From Lingula anatina (Eukaryota; Animalia; Brachiopoda): 64,000 nt of DNA. The position numbers were made by a program, and so were the translations under genes. This document shows, piece after piece, positions 12,269 through 27,061 of this stretch; within the stretch, counting starts at the first letter, position 1, and each line of letters begins with the position of its first letter. The notes under the pieces are model-generated. The model did no database searches, was not told where the DNA came from, and worked only from the letters and a program-made list of their open reading frames with translations. The stretch covers positions 40,836,788 to 40,900,787 of the forward strand of contig CM120640.1 in the NCBI GenBank assembly GCA_051362555.1, written 5' to 3'.

Positions 12269-15200
12269 TTTTGCAAAATCAATAATTTAATATTATTTAA
12301 GTCTAAAACAACTTAGCAAATTTAATTTATGATTTCTGTTGCCTCCTTGCAGAGCCATACATCAGAGACAAGGTCTCCAGATCTTCTAGATTCTTCTGGG
12401 GGTACTTTTGACCCATTCACAGAGTTGGATGCAAGACACAAAGCTCCCTCCCAAGGTTCCCAAACCCCACAAGCCAATGGTGATTTTGCTGACTTTAGTC
12501 AGTTCCAGTCAGCCAATTCAGCCGCACTGCCTGCTGCTCCAACCCCAGCAGTTGCTGCAAGCTCAAGTCAAAGGTAAGTCATGAGAAAGTAGAGCCTTTA
12601 ATTTAAAAGATATGATTCCCTTGGTGAATACCTTTTTTCATATTTATATTTGTTTATTGTTTATTTTCATCTGTTTTATTTAATTTTTTTTGTGTGTGGG
12701 GGGGTGGGGGGGTGGGGGGATTCATCTAGATAAACGCTTTTCATTTCCCAGCTTGTTTTCTTGTTCTTACCTGGGTTTATTGATTTTTCACCGACAAATG
12801 TGGATTTAGAATTTAGAAATTAATAGGATTTCCTGTTCTTATCTCCTTATTATCCAGGTTAATAGGATCGACATATTCTCAAGCTTTTTATTTTTGCATT
12901 TCAGTGCAAGTAATGAGTTTGCAGACTTCTCAAGCTTTTCCTCAGCTAGTACTCAGTCCCCACAGAAGTCTTCATCTGCACTAGACGACCTTCTATCCCC
13001 TGCCCCTTTACAGCCTATGCAACCTGCAAGTATGGGGGCACCCAGTATGGGACAGCCATTGATGGGGCAAACAAGCATGGCTCAGCCCATGATGGGACAA
13101 CCCATGATGGGACAAAGTGGTATGACTCAGACAAGTATGACACAGCCCATGATGGGACAGACAAGTGGGGCACAGTCCATGATGGGCCAGCCTTTGATGG
13201 GACAAACGAGTATGGCACAACCTATGATGGGACAAACGAGTATGGCACAACCTTCGATGGGACAGCCTATGATGGGACAGACAAGTATGGCACAACCAAT
13301 GATGGGGCAGCCTATGATGGGACAGAGTGGTATCATGCAGCCTATGATGGGACAGATGGGAATGAACAACCAAGTAATTATTTTATACCAATCTTACCTT
13401 AAAATATTTGGAAAGGTTAAATGATAGGAGCAACATTGAATAATATGTACATTTTATCTCCTTCACTACTTACTAAATCTTAGAATATGGAGCACATAGC
13501 CAACATTGTTAGTCATATAATTCATTCATTTGCATCTGTTTATTGCAGAAATCTTTAAGGATGTAGCTTATTTCCTCTTTTCTCTTTTAGATGCCAGGGC
13601 ACAATATGGCAGCTCAACCAATGAGTGGCATGCAGGGCATGGGAATGGGACAAAACATGGATTCGGTAAGGAAAATCTGACATTTAGAAAAACACCTTTG
13701 TTCTTAAGTGTTTCTCTCTTGCACAGGCAATACCATTTAGAATTATTGAACTCTTGGTCATTTGCCTTATGGCAGCTCTGTCCTGTCTGGGTTCCATTGT
13801 TATTATCAGTAATGATGAATGGTATTGCATATTTTGTGGTTGGCTTGGGGTTCCTGTTAACGTTTTATAACATATTTATTTATGATTAAAATTATGCATT
13901 CACATATGATTAACAGCAGAGAAAGCCTAGTTATGAAAACCTAACTTTTAATTTCTTGCTAATATAATTAGTTTTTTATTGGATTGACAATATTGATGAT
14001 TTACATACTGCTATTATGATTTTCTTTTTTCAAACATTTGAATGATTTTTTACTCTTTATGAGTATTCCCTATACAGTTTCAATTTGGTCCGAACAATTG
14101 GCTTAACAAAGACTCCTTGCTACTTTTTGAAAGCACAACCAATGAAAAAAATCAGTGACTTGTAATTAGAACTGGCATATTGTTCTGATCATTTATAATT
14201 CTTTTGAAAATTATCCTTGACATTTTTATTGAAATCGACACACTACTTGCTGAATAAAGAATCTTGTAATTAGTACACACAAAGAAATTACTAATCAGAT
14301 TTGTGTTAAATATACACTTCGTCAAATAGAAATAAAATAGCAATAATAAAAAGAACAGTATGTTTCACACAACCCTTTCCCCATTGTCAAAAATAGCTTA
14401 CTTTTCCTTCCCCAGCCTGTGGGTCAGACCCCAGCCAGTGTCCAGTCTCTGACCATGACCTCTATGCAAGCTACTCCCAGCACCAACACCACAGCGGGGT
14501 CCGTCTCCAACCAACCGCCCTCCTCTGTAAGCTTCAGATGCTCCTCTCTTTCTTCTTTATTGTTTTCGTTTTACATAGAAGTTCATAAAACTGTAGATGT
14601 TCACAATGTGGTATGTGCTGTTTAATATAGGTTGCACAATAATTGGTTAGATTGATAATATTTCATATTTTGTATTTTAACATTTAGTTATGTAACTGAT
14701 TTTCTTTTGATGTTCTAAGTTCACTGATGTAAGTGAGTTTCATTGAATAACAGTAACAGAGGAGGATGATTTAACAGATAGAGACATGCTTTTCTATGAG
14801 AACTTATCAGGTTTTACAATGAAAATGTAAACTGTAGGAAATGTATGTAAAATAAATAATGCATCTAGATATGGTCTGGGCACTTGGCACATGAGTCATT
14901 TTCCCTTAACTAAACAAACAGCAAAAAATTCTTGAGATTCTTGAAACCTTTCAAATGCATCAAAGCTTTCTTAAATATTGAGAAAAGAGAACTTGATGTA
15001 TAATTGTCTTTCTCATTTTTATTTAGAAATCCTCAATCTGGAGTAACACACCAGTAAATATCAACCTTGATGGTCTGAGTCCAGCCAATAAATTCCAGAA
15101 AGGACCAACATCCCCCTCGATGAAACAATTACAGCAGCAACAGCAAATTGCAGGTGAGACTTGGTGCTATAATAATGATTGTTTGTCTCTTTGTTACCTG

Positions 15201-15581
15201 GAGTTTCAGGCCTGATGTATGTCAGCTGTTTTATTTTCAAATTTCTTCATGTGCATGCATATTGGACTCTGACCTTGAAGTTTACCATGCCAGTCAGAAA
15301 TGGGGGTTCGGTTATCTTGAATTCATTGTCTCTGTTGAAAGCTATGTGATGCAGGTAATAGGTCAGTGATGAGCTTGGCAAACTTCAAGCAAATACCAGC
15401 ACCACTGATCTTCAGGACCAACAAGCAGTCATGAAATGTAAGGAAATTTGAAAATGAAGATGCTTGCACGAGCCAGCTATGAAAGTGGACTCCTGTTTGT
15501 TTGATTGGTTTAAGATATTGATCAAGCACTTTGTAATAAATCCAATTGTTGAATTATTATTGAGTGATATGTATGATGTTT

Positions 15582-15624
<43 letters not shown>

Positions 15625-17485
15625 TATTGTGGTCAAAATTTTTAGATTGCATTTTATCTTGTTTTGCACTTAAGTTATGCACACATGACACAGTTTCACT
15701 AGGTCTTCCTTATTGGTGTTACTCTTTATCTGAAAAAGTAGGACAGATCTTCAGATACTCTTTAGTTAAAAACATTATTAGAAAAATTTAAATATAATTG
15801 TTTGGCCAATCACAGGATTGTATGCTATGATAACTATACAAATATCTGTATGAATATATAGGCATAATTGCACCTGATCTCATAACATATTTTCATTAAC
15901 AAGAAAATTGGTTGTTTAGATTAACACGTTACATTTCCTTTCCAAGCCATGGGTTATTATGATCCTTACACTGGTATGATAATACTACCAGGCAAGTAGA
16001 GGGAATAGCAGTTCAAAATGCCTACCTTTCTTTTATTCTGCCGTGAAGTAAATGCATGAAACAGGACAGGGCATAGTTTGCTTCTAATCTGGTGCAAGGG
16101 ATATTCTTGTAATATGTGGCTTTCATTGTAAACATGTCGAGCAATTTTAGACAATTCATGGATAGATATAGAGGGTTTTGTCCTATTTAACATTATAACA
16201 CCGCAACTGGTTTAAGATAACTGAGGTGCATGATGCAATAAATAATACACTAATCACAAGCTTTATCTGGATGTTTTTGTAATATTGGTGGAGCAAATGT
16301 TTTTGGTATTTTTTTGTATTTATTTTGTCAGTTTTGGTATGCATGGTTTATACATTAACATTTTCATCTTTCCAGGGTTGGTCACACAGTGTCGTAAATG
16401 TTTCCCCAATATGTCAAAAATGCAAATTTGCTTTAACATTGTGTACTTCATGGTAAAACCTGAAATGCATTATTAAACCTCTCTGGGCTGACTCTTTTAA
16501 AGCCCATTAAGCTTAAGAAAATGTGAATTTCTTTTTCTGTTTTTGCCAGTTTTTTCTTGATTTGGGTGAATATTTTCATTTGGTTAATATTATATAGCAG
16601 CTTGATTGAAAAAATGTTTTCTCAGAGTTGACCCAGGCTTTGCATGTATCATTACTGATGTTTCCTGTTACTAAAAGAATGACAATTAGTGCTAGATAAG
16701 GTTTCATTTGTTTGTAAAAAGCTCAATTACATATTTGCTGTGGCAGTGGGTTTTAAATTAACTTAGTCAAGAGGTAATTGGTTGCTTATATATTGGTATA
16801 GGATGATGTCTAACACTCAGCTGTTTTGTTTGTTTCTATCATTAAGATTTATGACTTTCGTATAATGAAAGACCATTATGTTACATATCTATGCTTTATT
16901 TTCAGGAGCTCAGTCCCCCATGATGTCTAATATGTATCCCCAAAATCAGATGTATGCAGGGCCATCTGCAGGCATGCAAGGGATGACACAGGGAATGGGA
17001 AAAATGTCACTGGGACAGCCATCCACAGGCATGATGAACCCAGGAATGGGTAAGATGGCATTGATGTCTAGTAATTTTGAACAAAGTAGAAGGTACAGTT
17101 CTGAAATATTTTATTTTTCACATAAGGTAATGGATATGCCATTGTGTGCAAAATATGCTTGACTGTAATCATGGGTCAGAATTTCAAGAATATGTACTAC
17201 ACCACTAGAATTTTACCATAATTTCTGTTTTGCCATCAAAATTGGAAAATGTTTAGATGCTGAAGTTCATGTTAAAAACTCATTTACATTTATTCATGGA
17301 GTGTTGCATTACACATTCTACATTAAATCATTTACTATTCTGCAGGTATGGGCATGCAGCAGCAGCCAGGCATGATGAGTGGCATTCCAGCAGGCATGGC
17401 CATGACTACCCCTGTGGCCAACAATGCAGCACTGCAAAGCAGGGCCAACCAGGCCTTTGGGTCTTTTGGAAATTTTGGGAAATGA
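6937..17485 (+). CDS. CLINT1: Clathrin interactor 1 (epsinR/enthoprotin), ~735 aa
   Basis: 13 GT-AG exons: 6937-6968, 7881-8082, 10239-10377, 10692-10832, 11278-11452, 11746-11977, 12353-12573, 12905-13373, 13591-13665, 14416-14526, 15027-15153, 16906-17049, 17346-17485 (2208 nt). ENTH domain MWKIREITDKVTNVVMNYSEVESKVREATNDDAWGP...RNGSERVVTSAREHIYDLR; KIDLGAAA; DFADF/EFADF; Met-rich tail; ends AFGSFGNFGK like human AFANFANFSK. Confidence 0.95.
12229..12270. repeat. (TTTA)n microsatellite
   Basis: Visible run in a CLINT1 intron; a second (TTTA)n run lies at ~15581-15624. Confidence 0.9.
13045..13360 (+). repeat. 15-bp coding minisatellite (QPMMG/QTSMA pentapeptides)
   Basis: Repeated CAGCCTATGATGGGA and CAAACGAGTATGGCA-like units within CLINT1 exon 8. 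Confidence 0.9.
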
Positions 17486-19660
17486 AGAGCAAATGTAGAT
17501 AACATAAAATATTTGGTCCAATACTGAATGAAAAATTAATAGAATAATCTGTGCTCCTATGACCCTTTGATGAATGAACTGCAAGTGAAGTTAAAGACAA
17601 TTTTGACAAATTTTAAAAATGCAGTATAACTTAACATTTTAATACCTTTTTTGTGTTGGTACTTTTATGATTAAGGGATATATGCATGGCATTTCATGAA
17701 TTTTAATCAAAAGAGTCGAACTGAACCGATATTTTGGTTGGGGTAGTTGCAATACAGAAAGTTCATTGTAGAGACAGAAAAGATACAGATTTTCTTTTGG
17801 CAGGAAGTAAATTTTTCTTGAGAATTTTAGCTCAAAGTCCGTATTCATGATTACTCCAAGTTGAATATGACCAAAAATAGCTGCCAGCCAAACATGTATG
17901 CTGTTACACTGCTTGACAAACTTAATATATTATTTTAATCTGGGAGCGGAAAGGGAACAGTAAAATGAATACAGTGTAAAGTGCCAGATATGTATATAGA
18001 TAAATCAGGTGCACACAAATTTGTGAAAATTGACCAAAAGTATGATTGGGTAGTGATAGTTGATTGGATAGTGCTATTTCTGTTAATGTTAGGGGAGAGT
18101 TCAAAACTGTTGTCCGAGCTCTCAAGTAGGATGGACAATGTGCTGTGTGGATGCTTTAAAAGCATGAGTTGAAACTAATTGGTGTACTAGGAAGAGTTAA
18201 ACTGTAATAGGGCAATACCTGTATCTTTAAAAAAAAAAAAGCATAACAGAAACAAATGTAAATATTATTAAATGATGTCAATTTTATGTGATTCCATTTG
18301 GAATTCTTCAAAGAGCATTTAGGGAAGAATGGATTGACAAGTCTTTGCAAAATAAACTGGACACTTGTTTTTAACAATTAACAAAGTGTCGGATCTGATA
18401 TTAAAGAAAAAAGCTTTAGCTTTATATTGTACATACAAAAGAAATAAATGGGAAATTATGGCATATGTATAAATAATCAGGTGCCACAGAGTATTTAATA
18501 GATGTACTGACATGTGATATAATAAAAGAGTATCGACTTTGATCAAATATATTTATTGAAGAGGCTTTGTTGTACACTTGGTTGGCTTTTGTGTCAAAAT
18601 TTTGACTAGAATGCATCTTTTCCTTATTTGTTTTATAAATGATAAGTAACAAACACCATTGTAAAATTTATTCTGTATTTGTAGATTTATTCACAGAAAA
18701 GCATTCTATCCAAAGCTGAAGACCCAAGTTTTACTACTATGAATTGCCCCTCTGAACCACAGATTGCGAAATGTTTTTCAGCAGAGTGCATCCTGTTGTA
18801 TATCTCAATGTTATGAATTTCATAACAAAAATAATTTTTATACTTTTCAGTACCAGATATTATTTGGACTCTTCTGCAGCTACCTATACTCCATCTATAT
18901 ATGATGTAAGAAAGTGTCTGTCTAGTATCAAAATGCAATTAGGTAGAAAGATCAAATAATTTGAAAATTTTGATTTCTTCCTTAATAACTTCATTCCTGA
19001 TTTCAACACCTAAAATATTAAATCAATTTTTTTTCATCATTCTCCTTTTACAGCAGTTGGTCTCATCCTCACCTTCAAGAAATTACTATTCAAGTGTTTA
19101 AAATGCCTTTATTTTATTTTAAATCTCCCATGAAAAGTTTAATTTAACTTGGTGGTAATTTTTTATTCACCTTATGTTTGATTATATCAAAGAAAGTCTC
19201 CATTAATCACTAGCAGATTTGAAAGCACTGGGTATACATTATGTACATTGATAAAATATCCCTCGTGGCATGATTATAATATGAACCTGACCAATATCTA
19301 TGAGAGGAATGGGTTTGATTTCCTCACAGAGTTTCTCTCTTGATCACCATGTGGATACAGTTCCACAACAATACAAAATTATTCTGTAAAATTTGCTATA
19401 ACAAGGAGCCACCACATAAGGTACACCTTTATAAAGTATATACTTTATGACATCACTGAACTCCCACATCATAACAATGTGACTCCACTTCTACAGTAAA
19501 GCCTTAGAGTTGGAGATTTTCTTATAGATGGATTGCACATAACATCACTCACAAACCACCTATAAAGTTAGTAGAGAACTGAAGGAGTTCTGCCAGAGAC
19601 TTGATTACCCAGAATTGTGTTCAGTTCAATATAGATCTAGTTGTCTAACTGGAACAGTGT

Positions 19661-22600
19661 CTAACCCTCGTGAACTATGTCCCAGATTCTTAGATTGGAG
19701 CCTTGGCCCACTGATGCCAGGGTGTTGTCATCTAACCATGCTACAGCATTCACTTTGTTCATGGGGTGCGCCTCTGGAAGATTCACCAGTTACACATAAA
19801 GGAAGTGATGACCATGCTTTTAATATTCAATAGTTTCTGGTACAATTTTAATTGAATAAAATGACCAAGAAGTGACCTATAAAAGACTTTACATCATGGC
19901 AAAATGGAAATAATAGTGTAATCAAATTTCAAAATTATTTTCAAAATAATCGTCAACCTGAATACAGTTGAAATTGTAACCATTTTTCTAAATTCTTGTG
20001 TAGCATTTTTTGAGATATATTCCAAACCAACATCAACAAAAACTTCCTTCACTGGCAGTGTTAATGACTTTATCTGTATGGTAATGACTTTATCTTTTCA
20101 ATGGGCAAAATTCTTAATCTTTCATATTCAGGATTTTGAAAACAAATATTATATTTCTATATAGCATTTGTGGTGCTTTTTACTGTATAGAACAGAACTA
20201 TAGTGTAGCCTGCTTTCCAATTTTGTTGCTACCACCCAACAGGAATGATCTAATTTTCTGAATTCATGACTTAAAAAAATACAGTTTCTGTGAATGTCAC
20301 AATCTTCCCCAATGAAAAGATCGAGTCATTACTGTATAATACTGTGAAAACTTACGTTTGATCAAAAGGGTCTTGCGCACATTCTCCACACTCCATATTC
20401 CAATGCCCGTGTCGAGACTCCCGCTGGCAATGTGCCTGGAGTCAGGGGACCAGGCTAAGCAAGTCACCTTGGCTGTGTGGAAACACCAGTTGTCCTTTGA
20501 CTTCTCCTGGAAATAGAGGGAGAGGCAATAATTATCCATAATATTGTTTGATAGCAGTTATAGTTTACTCAATTTGTGTTTTTAACTATTATCAGTTCTT
20601 CTATAATAATGTATGTTTTCACTGTATGTGACACCTGTAGATGGTATGAAGAATATTAAATATGTTACCATAAAAAAAAACTGCCTTTAAAGTTATGGAT
20701 TACTTCAATTTAAATTTTGACTAAAAGTTATAAAACCATAATATCAGCAATGAAGTTTTTTATTCAAGAGCTTAAAAATCAATATGTTACCTCGTATGTT
20801 GGCAACTCATAGAGTCTGACCAATCTTATGCCATCACAAGCAGCCAGCCAGGCACCATCAGGAGAGAATTTCACATCCGTCACCATTTCCCTGTGCTCAA
20901 GCGTACGTTCTTCACGAAGTGTATCACCACTTAACTCAAATATATGTACTTTGTGGTCCTGAAAAATAAAATAATGTATGCAAAAATGTTTTCTTGCAAA
21001 TCAATTGAGCCAGATTAAATTCTGAACCTTAAAGCAAAATAAAATACAGAGAGAAGCTTTAAAATAAAGGGTAGAATCTTGAGATTATCAATTTTTTCTT
21101 CTTTATTTTCTTTGTGATATACTTAAACCTGATCTTAAATTTACTAAATATGTTTCACTACTAAGGCATGAGATTTTTCTTTTGGCATTATTCAGTCAAT
21201 TCTGCTGTACCCTCCAATTGGCAAAAGGAGTTAGTTTGCACTTCATAACCCACCCACTCCCCCTCCCTATCTCCAAATTTTATTTCCTTTGAAAAATAAA
21301 GATATGTTTTATATACCTTGGCCCCTACTGCTACTAAAGACTTCCCTGGATGTAAACTGACTGATGTGGGTTCATAGTTGACCTTCTCAATGTAAACAAT
21401 CCTGCCATCACGCAACACCACAATCTGAAAGAAGAAAATGGAAAATGTTGACTACAAGAAAAAACTCTAAATTGGTATATAAAAAATTAACGAAATAATA
21501 TTTGATGTCAGGACTTTCATAAAAGCAATTATAATCAAAACAATTAATCAAAATCAGTGTTAGAAAGTGTGTATGTGCATGTGCATGGGTGCCTGCATTT
21601 ATGTGTGTATTTGACAAATATATATATATATACCTTCTGTTACTGTTAGTCATATACGTTACTAACCTCATTTGTACAAGCTACAATGGTAAGATTTCTG
21701 TCCACTGCAGATATCATCTGTGGCTGAGAGTCCACCTTTATGTCCTGACTGAGATATATGAAAAAAAAAATAGTAACATAAATGAAGACTTATTTGATCT
21801 ATTTGCCCCCTTTACATTTAAACAAATCACTACATTGTATATATATAATCACTATATATACAGACGGTGTCATGTACTGGATACTGATTCAGTCTGAAGG
21901 TATCAATAAGGGTAATGTTTCCTTCAATACATTTGAATGCAGGGTTTGCTGCTACTCACCCATATTCATTAGCAGTGGTGGAAGAGAACTTGATCACATC
22001 ATCTACACCACAAGTGATCAGAGAATCTCCCACGATCAGCATATGCTGAACCTGACTGGAGTGACCTTTGCCTTTCATTAAACCATTTTCACCTGTAGCA
22101 GCATCCCAGTAGCGTTAGAGCAGTTAAGAAATCTGTACATTCCAGAGGTCTATTTAATTTGCTGTATTAGTGATGCTTTATAAAATATGAGAATCAATTT
22201 AATTAACAGTTAAAGGTCCAGGGGAAAAAAAATCAATTAATTTTTTGACAAATAATTCAACTTTTTTGCTTAAATTTTAATTTCTCTGCCAGTTCCTCCA
22301 AAATCTCCACTCAAAAATCTCTTTAGTTTATGTATAATGCAACAGCACAGTCTAAAAGGATATAAATCCTGCCTTCTGAGCTTGCTGTGTAGATGGTGTC
22401 TCTCTCAAGGTTTAGAGTCATTGCTGTGATGGGCTTATTGTGACCCTAAAATATCAAGACATAAGTGTGTGTGTATGTATGTAAAGCTATGCCTCTTTCA
22501 AGATAAAGATGACACAAACACAATATTTCATTTTCACTAAAGTAAATAAAATATAATTCAGCATCGTAATCTAATCAGAGAATCAGCAGGACAATATGTT

Positions 22601-25600
22601 CAAATCATAAAAGATCATTTCCTCATAACATTACAGTACTTTGCCAGTTTTGAAAACCACCAAGCAAGAACAGCTGAATTTTGCAACATTCTATCAAAAC
22701 AGATAATTTGATTAACAAACCATGACAATTCTCTTGGGTGTGGATGGATTAGCTGGGTCTAGGTAATTGATGAACCCTGTCAGTGACACAGTTATGAGGG
22801 TGTCTCCCTGCCACAGGCACCCCACCTGCATGTGCTCCTTGTCCTTACCAAACACAAACTCTCTGGAAATGATAACTTAAGATTCAGATCTTTTCAAAGG
22901 AAACCTCATAACCATATATTTTTTGATATATTGCCTAGTATATTATAATATCCATATCATGATTGTCATTATTTTCCATCTCTTCTTATTCCAGTGAAAA
23001 GAAAAAATCAGCAAAAATACCTCCTGTTCACTCTCTCTCTCTCTGACAATATTTTCAAGGACAGAAATGCATTTTTTTTTATATATTAAAAGGGGGAAAA
23101 AGATCAAAAAGTCTGCCAAATGGCCAATCCCAATTAATTCTGTGGAATATTTTAGAAGCAAATACATTAGACATATGTACCATCATTGTAAACTCTGGTA
23201 AACACTGCTACACTGTAACTTACGTCTCCATGGTCAATGTTTCCATGTTCCAGATTTTGGCTGTCTTGTCCCCAGACACTGTCAGTAACTTCTTGCTATC
23301 ACCACTCCAACTGACCTAACAATTGAAAGGGAAATTGAAACAACCGAAGAAACATTACCTGTATAATGTGTTAACTGAAATTTCAAGCTATATGGAACAC
23401 GTTTCTTAAATTTGACACCAGCTATATGTAAGGGCGCATTCCCAATGAAAAACATTCTACTTAGATTGATCCAGTTTTTTTTGGGACTCTTGCTGAGGGA
23501 CTTGGCTAAAGTAGCATCACTACCTTTCATCAAACCTTGCAAATGGTTAGGTTTAAAAGTCCTACAATGGGAATTGTTCAGTGCCAGGGCTCGACAATTA
23601 GGATTGCCCGATTGCCCGGGACAAGTAGACATCGATGTCGGGCAAGTCCACTCACCTGAATGCTTGCCCAATCGGGCAAGTGTCAAAATAAAGTAAAAGA
23701 ACGGATGTTTAATTTCACTAAACTTACAGCGTAAACTCCACCATTGTGAGCTGGATTTCCAAGCTGTCCTAGTTCTTCTCCTGTCTTTCCATCAAGAATT
23801 AGGACCTAAGTTAAAGAACAGTGACAATCTCTTTAATTTCCCACTTACAACTATATGGAAATATGAAGGTATCACATAGAAAACTACAGGTATTACTGAA
23901 AGAATTAATTAGCAAACTTCACACCATAAAAACAGGTATTACTGAAAGAATTAATTAGCATACTTCACACCATAAAAACCACTTTTGCAACAATTGCACA
24001 TTTAAATTAAAAACTCCCAATTTTCAAAGAACCATTTATAACATACCATTTTATCAGAACCTGCAGATACACACTTGGTTCCATCAGGAGAAAATCGTAC
24101 AGCTTGAACAAATGATGTGTGTGACTGCAATGAAAACAACAAAACAATTAAACATTGTTATTCAAAAAAAAAATCAAAGTGAAATACCCAAATAGTGCCT
24201 GCTTCTGCCAGAATTAGTGGATTTATAACTCTGAGGGAATATATTCACCAGTTTTATTATTGAGGCTTGCCTAGTTACTTCTAAATATATTCATGAGAGA
24301 GTACTGATCTCGTCTCTTAGGCCCCGTTCATAAAAGGGGATTAACTAGTCCGAGGGTCAAATATGGCGACCCACTACAAAGCTTGCCATCTAATCTGCTA
24401 ATAGACACTGAACAGATATCCTGTGGGGTAGTATTCAAGTGGGTCTACTATATTTGACCCTCGGACTAGTTAATCCCCTTTTATGAACAGGGCCTTATAT
24501 AACAAAAAGAAACATCCCCTGACAAATGAAAATATTGAGCAACTCATTCATTTAATGTCATACTAGTGCTGTGAAAAAATATGGATAAAAATTATTCTTA
24601 AATTTTTGCATACAAAAAGTGTGACTGTGAACACACTCAATCTACATTTCCCACTTTACCTGATTAGTCTTATTGAATTTAAAAGGTACTCCATGGTAAA
24701 ACCCAATTGTCTTGTCTTCACACCCAGTGGCCAATCGGAAAGGGCGTGTCTTACTGATATCAACTGAGTTGATAACTTTACTGTGGAACTCAATGACACC
24801 AGCGGTGTTTCCAGAGTCATAGGTAAATACATGGCCAAATCTGGAAGAAAAACAAAAATCTTCATCTAAAAAAAGAAAAGTAACTTGATAATTTCTGTCA
24901 AAGTCTTAATTCAAGTATTCCATGAATTCAAGTCCTCAGTAGTTTGTCAAAAAAAAAAAAAAAAAAAAGAAAGAAAGAAAAAAAACACCACAATCTTCAT
25001 GCTGGTAAAGACTGGGCTGTTCTCTGTGCGTTTTTTTTTCTACAGAGGTCTACAAAATTGACAGATAGTATTAATTTCAGGAGTTGTATTTTGCCAAAAA
25101 AAATAAGCACTATGATAATTATAATAGTCTACACTTACTTATCTCTGCCAGCTCCCACTGCAGCAATCTTCTGGCTATCACTGGTCCATGCTATGTCCTT
25201 GATGGCACCTGATATGGGCTGGAACTCCGACTTGAGAATGTGTTCTTTATTAACTGTGTCCCAAATACGCACCTTACCAGAATTGTCTGTAATGTATAAA
25301 CAATTTTTTTCAAATCCCTGCTTTTAAAAAAACATGAAAGATATGTGACCATTTTCACATATTTCATTTTATTCAAAAAATTACAAGACAGTGGCATATG
25401 TACATTTAGGCTTATTCTTTTATTTCATTCATCTTTATCAAATTATGTACTATTCTTTCTCATTTTGTGATTATTGTATGGTTTTATATTACAAACAATA
25501 GCTCTACACTTACAGGAATTGTAAATATCACCAGCCTCAGTTGTTTGAAATATTAAAAGTGAATGTGTAACTGCATCTGTGCTCATTCCTATAACACTAC

Positions 25601-27017
25601 ATACTGTAGTGGGCGAAATTTAGTTTCTATCCAAGTTGAGTCTAATCAATGTCATTGAGTTGCATTTCAGCAGGCTGTCTGATTTCAATCAGGTCACAAT
25701 AAGTAGCAAACCCAATCCTTCTGTTGTCCCAATTACTATCACAAGTCATTAAATTGGTGTCCTTAGGTGAGTTAATAGTACCAGTAATATAAGAAGGCCT
25801 GTTGTGTCAAAGGCAATTTTCACTGGGAGCACAACTAAGTTTCTTGTTGTGCTTCAGAAAGGGACACTACTTACCTCCCGAGGCAATGTAGAACCCACTG
25901 GGAGAATACTGGGCCACATTGGTAGGGTAAGAATGTTGTGAATATATATCACTATCTGATGGATCCTGAAATAGGTAATTTAATTGTTTATGCAAGCCAT
26001 AACAGTCATCAGTTTTTATAAAAAAAACACTGCTTTAGAAAAGTCTGTTGACTTATTTTTCTCTATGCTCTGTTAACTTTGAATTCATATGAGTCATGGT
26101 AGCATAAATTCCCTTTTCTTTCTGGCTGAATGGCCTAAGTCATTCCTACAGCAAATTTGCAAAGGTGTTCAAGTTTTAATATAATTTTATTTGTCAATAA
26201 GCGAGAAGTAAGAAATGCTGAAGGAGATTCAGAGCTCCATTTAGACAAATACAACAACTACATGTCCCGTATATTTTACTACAGGTGTCCAACCTCTTGG
26301 CAACATCTGTTGGAAAGATCATCAAAAGAGTAATTGGTAAAAATTTTTTTACAATCTATTTTGTATGACAGCAGCAGTTTATAATTGACATAACAAAAGA
26401 TTCTTTAACACTTATATCCATTATTTATACAGTGCAGATGCTGTTTCTATCGATTGTCATACTGAACATAATTAACTAGGGCTTAGATATTCCCATGAGA
26501 GTAACTACTGGCAATCGGGCAATAAGCCCTGATTTTTTTTATGTTATCTTGTAGTGGCTGAAGGCCAGAGAATTGAGGGCATAAATTTTCAAAATCAAGC
26601 ATATACATGTACAAGGATGCTTTCATTCATCAAATAATCAGGTAGAGATAAAATGTATCTTTAAGTGGACAAGGTATCACATTTTAAACATTAACTTCGT
26701 ATTATTTATAAAATATTGTTCAAAATAAACACCTACCTCTAAATTTCTGATGATGACATTGTTTCCACTGGTGTACAGGAAATTTTTTCCCTTGGGATCC
26801 CCACCTATCACTATAGGCATTCCCTGTACAGTAGGGGGAAGGCAGGCATAGGTTTTTCCTGAAATTAATATTGTATTGTGTTATCAAAGGCATGAATCAC
26901 AAAATGGGAGTTGAGTAAAATCACTAAGGTCAGCAGGATGCATATTGGAAAATAAAACAACATCCCACTACCATATAAAGCAACCTATGGAAAGATATTT
27001 TAAAAACGTAAACACTT

Positions 27018-27061
<44 letters not shown>

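Noticed and set aside
13008-13373. His-rich and Cys-rich antisense ORFs (HHRLCHT, CPIIG repeats)
   Set aside because: Reverse complement of the CLINT1 QPMMG minisatellite, not metallothionein-like genes.
15355-15435. C-box/D-box-like motifs or an alternative last exon in a CLINT1 intron
   Set aside because: TGATGA-CTGA spacing is too short for a snoRNA, and the acceptor lacks a good pyrimidine tract.
17486-19660. Possible overlap of convergent CLINT1 and WDR1 3'UTRs
   Set aside because: Several AATAAA on both strands; transcript ends cannot be fixed without data.
23282-23696. 134-aa and 94-aa ORFs
   Set aside because: Lie within a WDR1 intron over a MITE fragment; no recognisable domain.
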